Shown: positions 17,260 to 28,258, counted from the stretch's first letter. The stretch is DNA of 64,000 bases from IMGVR_UViG_3300024999_000030:1-64000, one strand, 5' to 3'. Made by a program: numbers and translations. The notes: generated by a model not told the origin, from the letters alone.

Positions 17260-17338
17260 GGCGTAATCGAATAATATGGACTAATTCGCCAGGCCTTCAC
17301 CCTGGATGATACGGGTTCGATCCCCGTTTACGCTACCA
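17260..17338 (+). tRNA. tRNA-Glu(TTC), C33
   Basis: CCAGG-CCTTCAC-CCTGG; canonical T-loop; CCA. Confidence 0.75.
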
Positions 17339-17339
17339 A

Positions 17340-17368
17340 TTGACAATTCCTATTAATGGAATTATATT
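17340..17368 (+). promoter_or_regulatory. Internal promoter for Val/Ala tRNAs
   Basis: TTGACA-N17-TATATT with CTATTAAT in the spacer. Confidence 0.8.
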
Positions 17369-17387
17369 TATTTCTTAAAAGATTTAT

Positions 17388-17463
17388 GCGCCCTTGGCCT
17401 AGTGGCGAAGGCATCTGGTCTACACCCAGAATATCGGGAGTTCGAGTCTCTCAGGGCGCACCA
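17388..17463 (+). tRNA. tRNA-Val(TAC), C33
   Basis: TCTGG-TCTACAC-CCAGA. Confidence 0.85.
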
Positions 17464-17468
17464 ATTTT

Positions 17469-17542
17469 GGGCCGTGGAGTGTGACGCGAGCACGTTTCCC
17501 TTGCACGGAAATAGAGGGGTTGAACTCCCACACGGTCCACCA
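17469..17542 (+). tRNA. tRNA-Ala(TGC)
   Basis: TTTCC-CTTGCAC-GGAAA; G3.U70 present. Confidence 0.9.
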
Positions 17543-17565
17543 AAATCCTTAATCATCTGATAATT

Positions 17566-17590
17566 GCGGGGCTTCGGCCCCGCTTTTATT
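17566..17590 (+). terminator. Terminator of tRNA operon 2
   Basis: GCGGGGC-TTCG-GCCCCGC-TTTT. Confidence 0.88.
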
Positions 17591-17662
17591 ATATTTAAAG
17601 TCTATTAATTATAGATCATCTTTCTGATGGTAGTTCTCATCTCCCCGAACATAGGAGTTTAA

Positions 17663-20600
17663 GTGTCTAGATTTCTAAATCGTGTGGCTTGGCCACCCCC
17701 ACCCCTATCTATTGAACATGGCGGAACCGGCGCCTCCACTCAACCTGGCGCCGCTAATAATATCTTACCCCCACAGGCTGGCCATAACGGTGACATACTT
17801 TTTACGGATGGTTCTAATGTATCCTGGATTTCCCCTGGTTCTGGAGGAATAGTTACCTCTGTTATAAACTCGGATAGTTCGTTAACTATTTACCCCACCA
17901 TTGGAGACGTTACAGCTAGTATTAATTTAGCCCACTCCAATGTTTGGTCCGCCTCTCAATCTATTGTTCTTGCAGATAGTTCTGCAGCTACTGATTTTTT
18001 AATTAATCCTGCAATTAAAACAAGTGGTAGTTTATTTAAATTACAGGTTAATGATGTAAATAAATTTGTTGTTGATTATGAAGGTAAAATCACATCTGCA
18101 ACATGGAATGGAACTACCATTGAGACCCTTTATGGTGGTACGGGACTTACATCATATTCCAAGGGAGATTTAATATATGCCTCTGCGATCAACACGCTAT
18201 CTCAATTAACTAGTGCGGGCCATTTAGAGGGGCAGGTGTTAAAATTAATAAATTCTGGTGGATCTTTACTCCCAGAATGGTCAACACATAAAGCTTCTGT
18301 GGGCGTGGTGTCTACTCCTTCTCCTAAGTACACTGAGAATTCTGATGGTACCATTACAGTAGATTGCTCCGCAGCGCCTGTGTCAGTAGCATTAAGATCC
18401 ACATCAGACTTCTCAACCCCGATTGTGAGTTACTCTTTAACTGGAAGCTATGGCCCATTCACAATTGTTCCCACGGCGAGGAACTATATATACATCGCCT
18501 ATAATGGTGGGTCTCCGGCTATTTTACATACTACAGATGTTAGTCTCATTAATGAATCTGACTCAACACCCTATATCACAGTGGGTAGAATTGATAAATC
18601 AGGCACGGCAAATATAACCGATGGAGGCGCTGGCACTATTTTAGTGACAGTTACTCCAGCCTTAACCCAGCATGGTTTAGTATCCACTTGGGATGAGGTA
18701 ACGATAGCAGGAGCTGTAGATCTCACATACAATGGAACTTTCACAGTTACCAGGATAGACGCCTATTCTTTTAAGATAACACCACCTTCAGGGTATACTG
18801 CTGATGATACTTGCACCTGGTCCAGCATCGAACTTGACGTATTGGATTGGGACGAGCCTGGCAGTGGTCTTCAAAATAAATTACATCGTAGGTTTGTAAA
18901 AACACAACGATTTGCTAGGGAATCTGGACTTGAATTATCTGAAGACACCGGTAGAGTCGTCGTAGTTCCTACAGGTGTTGCTTGGTATGGTGGCAAAGCC
19001 ATTACGATGGCCGCTACGAGATCTGACACAACTACCTCCCGAACTTACCAGTGGCATCACGTTGGGGGTGTCTGGACAAAAACAATTACCACACAATACA
19101 ACAACAGTCAATTTGATGACGGCACGGACACACAGTCGCTAAGTCCAGGAAGATTTGTAGCTAACTGGATTTACCGGGATGTCAGCGATACGGATAGATG
19201 TCTGCACATCATTTTAGGTCACGGCACAGGCACCGGACACACCGTACTAGAAACAATAGGTGAGGTAGCCCCCACTTCAGCGGAACTTCCACCTGAGATG
19301 AGTGTCACCGCGATGCTGCTTGGAAGGATAATCGCTCGCCAAGGATCAGAGACGGCTGAACAGATAGATAGCGTTTTTGATCTGATAGCCTATCCCTCTG
19401 AGCACATTGTCAAAACCGCTCTTGACACCGTTACAGGCTATGGTGTCGTGTCTGGAATGAGCCTTGCCTCCGATAATGAATCTTGGACTGATTTGGAGAT
19501 AGACGCAGCGGACAACACCAAAATCAAATCCACAGGAAGTACACCCAGAGCGTTCGCCGCAGGAGATATAGGGAAAATCATTACTGTCACCGCAGGAGTA
19601 GGCTTTACCACAGGAGCTTACACCATCACTGCTGGACCAGATCTCAATGGGTTTATGACTCTATCGGGAGCGGTGGGAATAGTTGGTTCGGTGAATGGCT
19701 CAGCCACTATTGCAGCTTTCAAAATCAACTCTGGAGCATATTACACCCCGTCTACTGGAGAAAGATATTACACCACAGAGACCAAAATTGCTCTTCCCAA
19801 TATCTTAACCCACCTCGTTACCTATGTAGCCCTGGATGTCGATGAGACCGTTATACAACATACGAGTCCTTTCACAGATGCTGAGCGCAGATCCCAATTG
19901 TTCTTGGGGGTTGTGGTTCACAGTAATCATATCTCTGTTAATGCGGTCAACAACCTTCCAGATGTTGGCCTCGCCGCACTTTCGCAATATAACGACTTGT
20001 TGGACGCGCTCAAAGGTTTCAATGACAGTGGGAACGATTTTGAGGCTAATGGTGCCAATTTACAAATCAATAAAACAGCCGGTACTCTTTTTAAGCGTGG
20101 TGTCAACTTCGCTAATGATACTACCACCCCTCATGTTATTACTACTGGAGCACTAACTGCCCCAGCTAATCTTCGTTTCCGAACTCAAACTGGTGTAGAG
20201 ACAGCAGATTTAAACTACATAGACAGCGGTTTCTATGATCTCGCTGGTGTGAGGACTGCGGTGTCTCCCGCAGGGCGTTTCCAGATAATGCGGATTGCTC
20301 TATTCCCCTCTAACTTAGTGCGCATCCAATATGGTCAGCAACTTTATGTGAAGATGTCGGATGCTTTCGCAGGTCTTGCAACTGAGCCCTTTGTAGTGGA
20401 ACAGAACATTAATGAGAATGGTCTCTTCAGAGCAATTCTAGTTGTACAAGGGAATGCGACAGCTCTAAATGATTCTACACAAGCCCAGTTTATTATGCTC
20501 AATCGTTTTGGGGACGTTCCTCAAGCTGCGGGAGTAACTGGTGGTGTAGATCTTCAGAGAGCCTATGAAAATTCCTTACCCAATCCTGAGATTCTCACAA

Positions 20601-23600
20601 ATCTCATTAACGGCGCTCTTAATATTCGCAGAGGAACAGCAGCGGATACCGACTCCGTGTGGACCGTGCAGAACAACGCAGGAGATAGTGTAGCGATATT
20701 CGATGCTAACGGTCTTCTCACTTTAGGTGCTGATTTAGCCACCAATGTTCCAGGCTCAATAAAGATGTGGGGGGCAGGAGCTAATTCTTGGTTTACCTCA
20801 TTTATTACTGGAACCCAAACGGCTAATGTTACATATACTTTACCCACAGCAATGCCAACACTAACGGGACAAGCTCTTGTATCTACGGACGCTGGAGTGA
20901 TGAGTTGGGCCACTGTTACAACTCCACCAGCAGGACTAGATACCTACATACAATATAATAATAGTGGAGTTTTTGGCGCTGAAGCAGAATTTACTTATAA
21001 TTATTCTACTAATCTTCTCGCTGTTGGTGAAACTTCTATTTCTTCTAATGTCATTACTATGTTGACATCGGATCCTAAAATTTTCTTACGACATGGTCAA
21101 GGCAATCTTAGTGTTTATTTTAGTGGCTTAGGCTTAAATGATCTTACCGCAAACGGCCCATATATAGGAGCCGAAGGAAGATTAAACACTTATGATTTTA
21201 TTATAGCTATTGACAGTGTCTCTGGTCCAGTGGACACTTTCCAGTGGACAAGTCCCACCAATATTCAGACTTTTGGTGTGGCAATTACTGGTGCCGCCCA
21301 GTACTTAACTGATGGAGTGTCAATTACTTTTGCTTCAACAACTGGACATACACTTGGAGAATATTGGACGATTATTGTAGATAATACTGATCTTTTTCAA
21401 TTAGTAAATGCCGCTGGAACTGTAGCTTTTAATGTGCAAAATGATGGCCGGATTGGTTCTAGTTTACTAAATGCCAGCGGCTTGCCTAGAATTCCTATTT
21501 TAGCTGAGCAAGGATTTGGTTTTACTTGTGCGGGAATGATTCCTGGTGGTGGTTTCCCTGAATATTTTTTATTCGCTACTGTTGGTGATGGCCTAGACAC
21601 AACGCCAGTTTTTAGACTTATGGCCCCGACGAGTTTATCTGATGGCACGCTTATAGACTCTACTTGGTGGACACCAACGGGCGTTCATTTTGCTAATGAT
21701 ATATATTATTCACCTGCTGGTCCGTGGGGCGTAGGAGGAAACACTCCTAAACCCTATGCTACGCAATTTTGGGTGACTTCGCAGGGGTATTTAACTGGCG
21801 CAGGTGGATCAGATACATATGTACAATATAATGCTTCAGGGGTATTAACTGGTGATTCTGGCCTCACTTACCAAGCAGGTACCAGTGATTTGTATGTGGC
21901 CGGATCAATCAGCATAGCAACTTCTGCTGTAATGACACCCAATGTGGCCGATGGAGCTTTGGCAGTAGCTTATTTGTTTGATTCTCTTACTGAATTAACT
22001 AATGCCGCAGGGGCAAAGAACCTTGTCGTAGCTAATGGCACGGTAGAAAAATTTAGTGTCAATCCTCGTCAAACGGTATTAAATACTGAATTAGTTATCC
22101 ATCCTCCTACCTCCACAACAGAGATCTTTGCGGCTCCCTTTTATAATATAGACTCACGAGATTCTAGCGATGTGTCGCGTTTCAAAGTAGATTCCGATGG
22201 CAACGTTACCATGTCCTATGACATAGCCATAGGACCAACCACGTTACTATTAGATGCCCCGCCAGCTAATGGTTTAATTGTCGACACAGATGCTTGGTCT
22301 CCAATTATAGAATTTGAATCCAAATTAGGCGATCAAAGTGCTGTTATGGAATTTGAATCTAAAGTAGGAATGCAAAGTTCGGTAACTGAATTAGAAACTG
22401 CATCCACTAGAACAGTTGTTGTTGGAAGAGATCGAGTTAGATACAATTATGATTATTCAAATAAGATATACACTACTGATAGCACCGATGCTAAAATATA
22501 TGCTACTAATGGAACTATAGCAAAAGTGCAAAGTCAATCTGCACCTAGTAATTCATTACATTTTCTTATAGATAACACGTATGACACACTGATAGATGGA
22601 ACGGGTTATTGGTGGGCAGGTGGGTATCGGGATATTGGTGGTGGACTTGGCAATCCAGGCTTTGTTGTTGACACAACAGCTATAACTTGGTGGGCCGGCA
22701 CAATCTATAATTATATGGATTCTAGTGGTGTTTGGACAACCAACGATGCTGAAACCACATACGCTTGGTTAGATCCAGCGCAGGGACTAAATCTTTATTC
22801 AGATACAATGACTCTTTTAATGGGAGCCACAACTCCATATTTGAAGTTTAATCCTGGAGTAGCCTCTTCTGGTACATCTATTGCTTACTTATTTGACACA
22901 GTAAATAATCTTAATACACCAGGTGATAGACTAGTATCAATACAAAATCAAACGGTAGAAAAATTTAGTATATCAGATACAGATGTGACTAGTTTAGTAC
23001 TTTTCACAGCACCAGATGTATTTGTTGGTGACCTTAATCGCTCAGATGTCACTTATTTTTCAGATCTCAAGATGGCCACTGGTGTGCCCTTCAGCGAACG
23101 CCAGAAGTTTAAAATAGCTGTCACTTATAGTGGTGGAAATGTTACAGCCACTATTTCTTTTGTGGGTGCTTATACAGATTTCAGTTACTATATCAGCGGT
23201 AAGAAGTTTACAGTTACTAGCACTGAATTAGCTGCTTATACAGCCACGACGGCTTCGGCAGAAGGTGTGTGGTTCTTTTATATCAATAATACAACGGTAG
23301 ATGTCGCCGCCCCCGTTATGATTCTCTCTCTCACTCCATGGGTGATTTATGATCCAGATGTTCTGTTGTGGGATTTCTATTTCAACGCATCTGATAATAG
23401 TATTACTTGGGTGGGTGAAGAGCGCCATACGGCAGGCCGAGACATTTTCAATCACGCCAGAAATCATGCTCAAGGTGCACAGTATAAAAATGGATTATTG
23501 ATTAACCACTATAATAATCTGACCACACTTTCTGCAAACACAGATGATAACTTCGGTAGAGCATTAGTGGGAGTATCGAATGGTAGTTTCTATGATGAAG

Positions 23601-25243
23601 ATATTTTCGATTCCATCGCTCATGCGGACACTGCATATACATCTACAGTAGCTGCCCCGGCCACCAACTGGAATCTCATCGTATCTCAATTCTTAGGTTT
23701 TACAGATACAAACAGTTCAGTGGTAGCCGGAACCCTTACCTTTCCCGCTTCTCATACTTTAGTCACAGGACAACCGCTTACAGTGTTTCAGGGTAACACT
23801 ACCACTGTTCGTGGAACGTTTACTGTAACTCTTGGAGGTACTGGTGCCTCATTCTCCGTAACTACAGTTACTGGATCTAACGCTTTTGCTAATAATGATG
23901 TGGTAGTTGTGGGTAGTCGCATTCCCATCTACTATATTTCCTCAGTGGCGGGATCCACATACACTTGGAGGAAGTTAGCCACCACGGAGTTCTTAGGTGT
24001 CTCGGGTGGTGCGGCTTACACTACAGCAAACATAGCTTCCGGCGCAGCACAATATAATGACCCCTCTGTTGGTGGATGGCTCGGAATAACTGCCAATAGG
24101 TACTATCCAGTCTATCTCGCGGCGACCAATAGCACTTCTGAACCAGTCATTGCCATTATGGGCCAGTCATCCTCCACAAGCTCTATTCTAACTACTGTGT
24201 TGACAGAGAACGCATGGAATTATTCGAGTTTAGTGGGCTTGGCTGGTCTTAGTATTCAAGAGGTCGTGCCTTTTTACAGATTGACCTTTTACTATAACAC
24301 CACCGGACTTTTTTCAAACACTCGCATTAAATTAGTGGACGCTATGTTCATCAATATCCGCGTTTCCACTGTTAGCGGTTCAATAGTCGCTCCTGCCTCG
24401 ATCTCTAACCACGCATTACTTACCAACTTAGAATACCCCACATCGGAACACACCTACTTCTTGGGGCAAGATGCGACGTGGACGGCGCCCGTTGTGGGAC
24501 AGATTCCATACGCCTATGATGTGACCGCTCCCACTAAGCCTTTATTCTTAGGTAGTTCTGATTTCATGTGGGCCACAGAGTTGTCGATTACTAAGAACAA
24601 TATCACCACTACATCCACTGACGCCCTCCGATTGAAGAACACTACAGTATCTTTAGTAGGAACTCAAGTACAGCAATCTCCCAATTTAATGTTTGAAAAT
24701 CATGTTTGGGATTTGGATGGGGCAGTAGATGATAAGTGGGAGTGGTTTGTCTACACTAAGGGAACCGCAACTAATATCACAACTAATACAATGTACTTCG
24801 ATGTTAGTAAGAATGATGCAGCAGCTACCACTCCCGCATCTCTCACCTCTGATGGTGCTCTCTATATTAGTAAAGTCATCGGCCCAGTATTTGAGAAAAC
24901 CTTTGGATTTGATGGCGTTCTAGTCACATTCACAGGGGCCCGCAGATGGTATCCGTCAACGGCAATTACAGTAATATCATGCACTGCCTCTGTCAACACA
25001 GCTCCTACTGGTGCCACTGTTTTAGTGGATGTTGATAAAAATATCAATGATGGAGGCGCCACTATATTTACCACTCAAGCTAATAGACCAGAGATAGCGA
25101 TAAGTGGATACGTATCCGCAGCAGAAGTACCAGATATAACATCATTCTTATCTTCAGATTATATGACAGTGGACGTGGATCAGATAGGCTCTACAATAGC
25201 AGGATCTGATATCACCGTCACTATTAGATACACTTATGCGTAA
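17663..25243 (+). CDS. Very large tail fibre/receptor-binding protein (2526 aa)
   Basis: G/T/S-rich beta repeats, repeated GSDTY(I/V)QYN.SG and (I/V)AYLFD...L modules, fibre-type C-terminal domain; AGGAG RBS and CTATTAAT upstream. Confidence 0.75.
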   Translation: MSRFLNRVAWPPPPLSIEHGGTGASTQPGAANNILPPQAGHNGDILFTDGSNVSWISPGSGGIVTSVINSDSSLTIYPTIGDVTASINLAHSNVWSASQSIVLADSSAATDFLINPAIKTSGSLFKLQVNDVNKFVVDYEGKITSATWNGTTIETLYGGTGLTSYSKGDLIYASAINTLSQLTSAGHLEGQVLKLINSGGSLLPEWSTHKASVGVVSTPSPKYTENSDGTITVDCSAAPVSVALRSTSDFSTPIVSYSLTGSYGPFTIVPTARNYIYIAYNGGSPAILHTTDVSLINESDSTPYITVGRIDKSGTANITDGGAGTILVTVTPALTQHGLVSTWDEVTIAGAVDLTYNGTFTVTRIDAYSFKITPPSGYTADDTCTWSSIELDVLDWDEPGSGLQNKLHRRFVKTQRFARESGLELSEDTGRVVVVPTGVAWYGGKAITMAATRSDTTTSRTYQWHHVGGVWTKTITTQYNNSQFDDGTDTQSLSPGRFVANWIYRDVSDTDRCLHIILGHGTGTGHTVLETIGEVAPTSAELPPEMSVTAMLLGRIIARQGSETAEQIDSVFDLIAYPSEHIVKTALDTVTGYGVVSGMSLASDNESWTDLEIDAADNTKIKSTGSTPRAFAAGDIGKIITVTAGVGFTTGAYTITAGPDLNGFMTLSGAVGIVGSVNGSATIAAFKINSGAYYTPSTGERYYTTETKIALPNILTHLVTYVALDVDETVIQHTSPFTDAERRSQLFLGVVVHSNHISVNAVNNLPDVGLAALSQYNDLLDALKGFNDSGNDFEANGANLQINKTAGTLFKRGVNFANDTTTPHVITTGALTAPANLRFRTQTGVETADLNYIDSGFYDLAGVRTAVSPAGRFQIMRIALFPSNLVRIQYGQQLYVKMSDAFAGLATEPFVVEQNINENGLFRAILVVQGNATALNDSTQAQFIMLNRFGDVPQAAGVTGGVDLQRAYENSLPNPEILTNLINGALNIRRGTAADTDSVWTVQNNAGDSVAIFDANGLLTLGADLATNVPGSIKMWGAGANSWFTSFITGTQTANVTYTLPTAMPTLTGQALVSTDAGVMSWATVTTPPAGLDTYIQYNNSGVFGAEAEFTYNYSTNLLAVGETSISSNVITMLTSDPKIFLRHGQGNLSVYFSGLGLNDLTANGPYIGAEGRLNTYDFIIAIDSVSGPVDTFQWTSPTNIQTFGVAITGAAQYLTDGVSITFASTTGHTLGEYWTIIVDNTDLFQLVNAAGTVAFNVQNDGRIGSSLLNASGLPRIPILAEQGFGFTCAGMIPGGGFPEYFLFATVGDGLDTTPVFRLMAPTSLSDGTLIDSTWWTPTGVHFANDIYYSPAGPWGVGGNTPKPYATQFWVTSQGYLTGAGGSDTYVQYNASGVLTGDSGLTYQAGTSDLYVAGSISIATSAVMTPNVADGALAVAYLFDSLTELTNAAGAKNLVVANGTVEKFSVNPRQTVLNTELVIHPPTSTTEIFAAPFYNIDSRDSSDVSRFKVDSDGNVTMSYDIAIGPTTLLLDAPPANGLIVDTDAWSPIIEFESKLGDQSAVMEFESKVGMQSSVTELETASTRTVVVGRDRVRYNYDYSNKIYTTDSTDAKIYATNGTIAKVQSQSAPSNSLHFLIDNTYDTLIDGTGYWWAGGYRDIGGGLGNPGFVVDTTAITWWAGTIYNYMDSSGVWTTNDAETTYAWLDPAQGLNLYSDTMTLLMGATTPYLKFNPGVASSGTSIAYLFDTVNNLNTPGDRLVSIQNQTVEKFSISDTDVTSLVLFTAPDVFVGDLNRSDVTYFSDLKMATGVPFSERQKFKIAVTYSGGNVTATISFVGAYTDFSYYISGKKFTVTSTELAAYTATTASAEGVWFFYINNTTVDVAAPVMILSLTPWVIYDPDVLLWDFYFNASDNSITWVGEERHTAGRDIFNHARNHAQGAQYKNGLLINHYNNLTTLSANTDDNFGRALVGVSNGSFYDEDIFDSIAHADTAYTSTVAAPATNWNLIVSQFLGFTDTNSSVVAGTLTFPASHTLVTGQPLTVFQGNTTTVRGTFTVTLGGTGASFSVTTVTGSNAFANNDVVVVGSRIPIYYISSVAGSTYTWRKLATTEFLGVSGGAAYTTANIASGAAQYNDPSVGGWLGITANRYYPVYLAATNSTSEPVIAIMGQSSSTSSILTTVLTENAWNYSSLVGLAGLSIQEVVPFYRLTFYYNTTGLFSNTRIKLVDAMFINIRVSTVSGSIVAPASISNHALLTNLEYPTSEHTYFLGQDATWTAPVVGQIPYAYDVTAPTKPLFLGSSDFMWATELSITKNNITTTSTDALRLKNTTVSLVGTQVQQSPNLMFENHVWDLDGAVDDKWEWFVYTKGTATNITTNTMYFDVSKNDAAATTPASLTSDGALYISKVIGPVFEKTFGFDGVLVTFTGARRWYPSTAITVISCTASVNTAPTGATVLVDVDKNINDGGATIFTTQANRPEIAISGYVSAAEVPDITSFLSSDYMTVDVDQIGSTIAGSDITVTIRYTYA

Positions 25244-25253
25244 GGAGTAATTG

Positions 25254-25454
25254 ATGTCAGAAATAATAATAGGCACATCATATTTGGAACCCACTCAATG
25301 GTGTGTTGATGTTTTTATAGATGGGGCGAAGACTCAGCTCACTTGGAGTTTAATGCCCAGAGAATGCCCAACACAGGAAGAGATAAATATAGCAGTTGCT
25401 CATCTTTTAGAAATATTAAATACCCCAATTATTATACCTGAGGATGTGACATAA
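25254..25454 (+). CDS. Small fibre-associated protein
   Basis: AAGGAG RBS; between two fibre genes. Confidence 0.55.
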   Translation: MSEIIIGTSYLEPTQWCVDVFIDGAKTQLTWSLMPRECPTQEEINIAVAHLLEILNTPIIIPEDVT

Positions 25455-27314
25455 ATGGCAGCAAGAACTAGTGCAAACAATGGTAAATGGAGTGACCCAG
25501 CATCTTGGAATGGTGGCGCAACTATCCCAGCAAACGGCGACACGACTACCATCACACATGCTATAGAATTCAATGTTGACCAAAATGCCATGGCAACGGG
25601 AGTTACGATAACAATTAACTCTCCCGGCGCTCTAACTGCGTCTGAAATATATGGGACCTACGCCTCTTGTAACGATGGTACAGATACTATTACTGTGAAC
25701 GAAACTCATTTGTTTCAAACAGACCAAAGAGTTGTTTACAGAAAGAATACTTCAGCTGCAGTCATTACAAATTTAGTAGATGGAACGACATATTATATAA
25801 GGACTCCTTCTGGAGCTACATTCCAGTTAGCTGCGTCTGCTGGAGGAGCAGCTATAGATATCACAGGCACTGCTGGCGACCATACCTTTGAGCCTATCTA
25901 TAATTTTAAGTGTGGTGCAGCGCACATTACCGTAGCTTCTGGAGGAACTTTCTCGGCTGGCAGTTCTGGTACGCCTTATGATAGTCATTGCCAATTTGTT
26001 GTTAATCTTAATGGTGCCCGATATTTTACGGGTGCCGGATCTTTGAATCTCTATGCTACCCATCCAACTACTCTTAGTACCACCCTTACCACAGCAGCTT
26101 TAACCACAGATACACATCTCCACGTAAACACTATCGATTTGGATAAATGGATACCTGGAACATTAATTGTAGCAGGCTCGAAAAACTCTCCAACTCAAGC
26201 AACATTGGGTAGCGGTTCCACAACCACTCAACTAGAATTATCTGGAGCGATAGGAGTAGCTAAACCTATAGGTAGTATAGTGGTAATAGCGACCAGAAAC
26301 GTACGAATTACGGGATCGACGGGATATGCGGTTACGAATTTTACAGGACTAATTAACTTCAGTGCTGAAGTGTCTGGATGCACCAATTTTATGAATACAG
26401 CTACAAACGCTGTGATTTCTGGAGGAGCTGTCGTAGGGGTAGCCCAGATTGGAAACTCATGCTATGGCGTTCAGGTAACTGGTGGGGCAATATGTGCTAC
26501 ACAATACTGTTTCATATATTGCTATGGGGCTACAATAACTGGTGGCATCATATTTTCCAGTCCTTACGTGTTTTTTGCGGGCACTGCGGTGAGGCTACTT
26601 GGTGGTACTTATTTCGGTAATAACATTACCACAATTAACTCTGCTGATGTATGTGCTCAAAACATTACTATTGATAATAGTACCTACAGTTTTGCTAACT
26701 CCACAGGGGTACTGGATTCTGTGGTTTTTGCTAACACTTCTAATTATAATTTATTTAAGTGTCCTTTTTTCACTATGCAGAACACTTTTATGGATGCAGC
26801 AAATGAGGTTACCGGCTACTCTGAGACAAACAGTGGTTCCGTTCCTATAAATAATTATGCATCGAGCAGAGATCACGATCAAGTTGCTGGAGCGTACAAA
26901 GCCTGGAGTCGTGGAGGGATTATTGTTAAACAGGCAGTAACATACCCGACAGGATACTCGTTTGCATATCAGTTAACTTGTGAAACAGCATCATACTGGG
27001 GATACTATCAAGAAAAAGCCACTGTGGCACCGGGACAAACATTGAAATATCTGGTTTATAGATATCAGACTGCCGACACCTCCAGCAAGACTGAGATAGT
27101 GGCTCTAGGTAATGATCCTCTAATAGGTTCAGGTACGGCTTTAGCTACTACTACATTCACGACGGGGACAGCCGCTTGGGAAGCCAAACAAATAGAGTGG
27201 AAAAACACAGATACGATACCTAGAGAAGTAATGCTTAGGGTATCTGGTAAACATGCTTCTGGCGTATTAACATTTTTGCCCGTGCTAATCCAGGGCAGAG
27301 AAAGCTGGGGCTAA
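25455..27314 (+). CDS. Tail spike/fibre-like protein with probable beta-helix
   Basis: G.WSDPASW.GG..P N-terminus; repetitive small-residue beta rungs. Confidence 0.65.
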   Translation: MAARTSANNGKWSDPASWNGGATIPANGDTTTITHAIEFNVDQNAMATGVTITINSPGALTASEIYGTYASCNDGTDTITVNETHLFQTDQRVVYRKNTSAAVITNLVDGTTYYIRTPSGATFQLAASAGGAAIDITGTAGDHTFEPIYNFKCGAAHITVASGGTFSAGSSGTPYDSHCQFVVNLNGARYFTGAGSLNLYATHPTTLSTTLTTAALTTDTHLHVNTIDLDKWIPGTLIVAGSKNSPTQATLGSGSTTTQLELSGAIGVAKPIGSIVVIATRNVRITGSTGYAVTNFTGLINFSAEVSGCTNFMNTATNAVISGGAVVGVAQIGNSCYGVQVTGGAICATQYCFIYCYGATITGGIIFSSPYVFFAGTAVRLLGGTYFGNNITTINSADVCAQNITIDNSTYSFANSTGVLDSVVFANTSNYNLFKCPFFTMQNTFMDAANEVTGYSETNSGSVPINNYASSRDHDQVAGAYKAWSRGGIIVKQAVTYPTGYSFAYQLTCETASYWGYYQEKATVAPGQTLKYLVYRYQTADTSSKTEIVALGNDPLIGSGTALATTTFTTGTAAWEAKQIEWKNTDTIPREVMLRVSGKHASGVLTFLPVLIQGRESWG

Positions 27315-27315
27315 T

Positions 27316-28041
27316 TTGAACAGAGAGCAATTAGAGTCTCTCCATAAATATCGCTTAGATATCCCAGAAGGGCAATCAGGTAGTTGGATTATTGAACGAT
27401 ATTCTTATATCGATACAGATGTGCTGGATCCTAAGAGAAATTATCCTTATGATCCTACTTATGTTCCCTTTGTGGATGTTACTTATACTCGTTTAAGAGT
27501 GCACCCACCCTTACAATTGTCCCCTCCTGAACAACTTATTAAGCCTTTTCCATCTAAATGTAAACAACAGTCTCAATTTGTAGCCGAACACTCACACGCA
27601 CATTCTATAACAATACATCCAGTATCTGTAGTCATGTCGGACGAACCTTATGAAGTAGCCGCTGCATTACCCTTTGTAGATAAAGCATATGGTAGTGTAC
27701 TTATGTTGGGATTAGGATTAGGTGTTGTATTAAATATGTTAGAAAATAAAACTGAAGTGATTAAAATTACAGTGGTTGAAAATAGTCCTGATGTTATTAA
27801 ACTTGTGGGTGGGTATTGGAAGAGTCGTTTAGGGAATAAATTACAGATTATAGAATATGACGCATGCACTTGGGAACCTACTGAAAAATTTGATTGTATT
27901 TTTCATGATATGATTTCTTCATCGGATTGGGATGCTTTATCTGCACGTTACCCAGCTAGTGTTAATGAATCTTTTTGGGCTGATGGTTGGAATAGAGTTT
28001 TTAAAAACACTGAAGGAAAATATGTTTTAAAAAATATATAA
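27316..28041 (+). CDS. Class I SAM-methyltransferase-like (spermidine synthase-like) protein
   Basis: GSVLMLGLGLG, ITVVENSPDVI, IEYDA, FDCIFHD. Confidence 0.75.
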   Translation: MNREQLESLHKYRLDIPEGQSGSWIIERYSYIDTDVLDPKRNYPYDPTYVPFVDVTYTRLRVHPPLQLSPPEQLIKPFPSKCKQQSQFVAEHSHAHSITIHPVSVVMSDEPYEVAAALPFVDKAYGSVLMLGLGLGVVLNMLENKTEVIKITVVENSPDVIKLVGGYWKSRLGNKLQIIEYDACTWEPTEKFDCIFHDMISSSDWDALSARYPASVNESFWADGWNRVFKNTEGKYVLKNI

Positions 28042-28060
28042 ATCTATTAATGATAATGGT

Positions 28061-28258
28061 TTGTATTATGGTGGGTCTATACCAATAGATAATTTAATTA
28101 TTGGACCATGTGATGCTACCGTGGGGGCTATTGGTATTTGGCAAACTGATGATGCTAATAATAATCCAAATCCAAATACAGATGAAATAATTACATTTAT
28201 GAAAGAGGTGGGCGCTCGTCGCGGATATACCCCCATTATTCCACCTTTCACACTTTAA
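28061..28258 (+). CDS. Small hypothetical protein
   Basis: 65 aa ORF after CTATTAAT; weak RBS. Confidence 0.35.
   Translation: MYYGGSIPIDNLIIGPCDATVGAIGIWQTDDANNNPNPNTDEIITFMKEVGARRGYTPIIPPFTL

Noticed and set aside
17260-17338. Selenocysteine/opal-suppressor tRNA (TCA reading of CCTTCAC)
   Set aside because: The only good 5 bp stem (CCAGG/CCTGG) centres TTC, and there is no long V-arm or extended acceptor stem.
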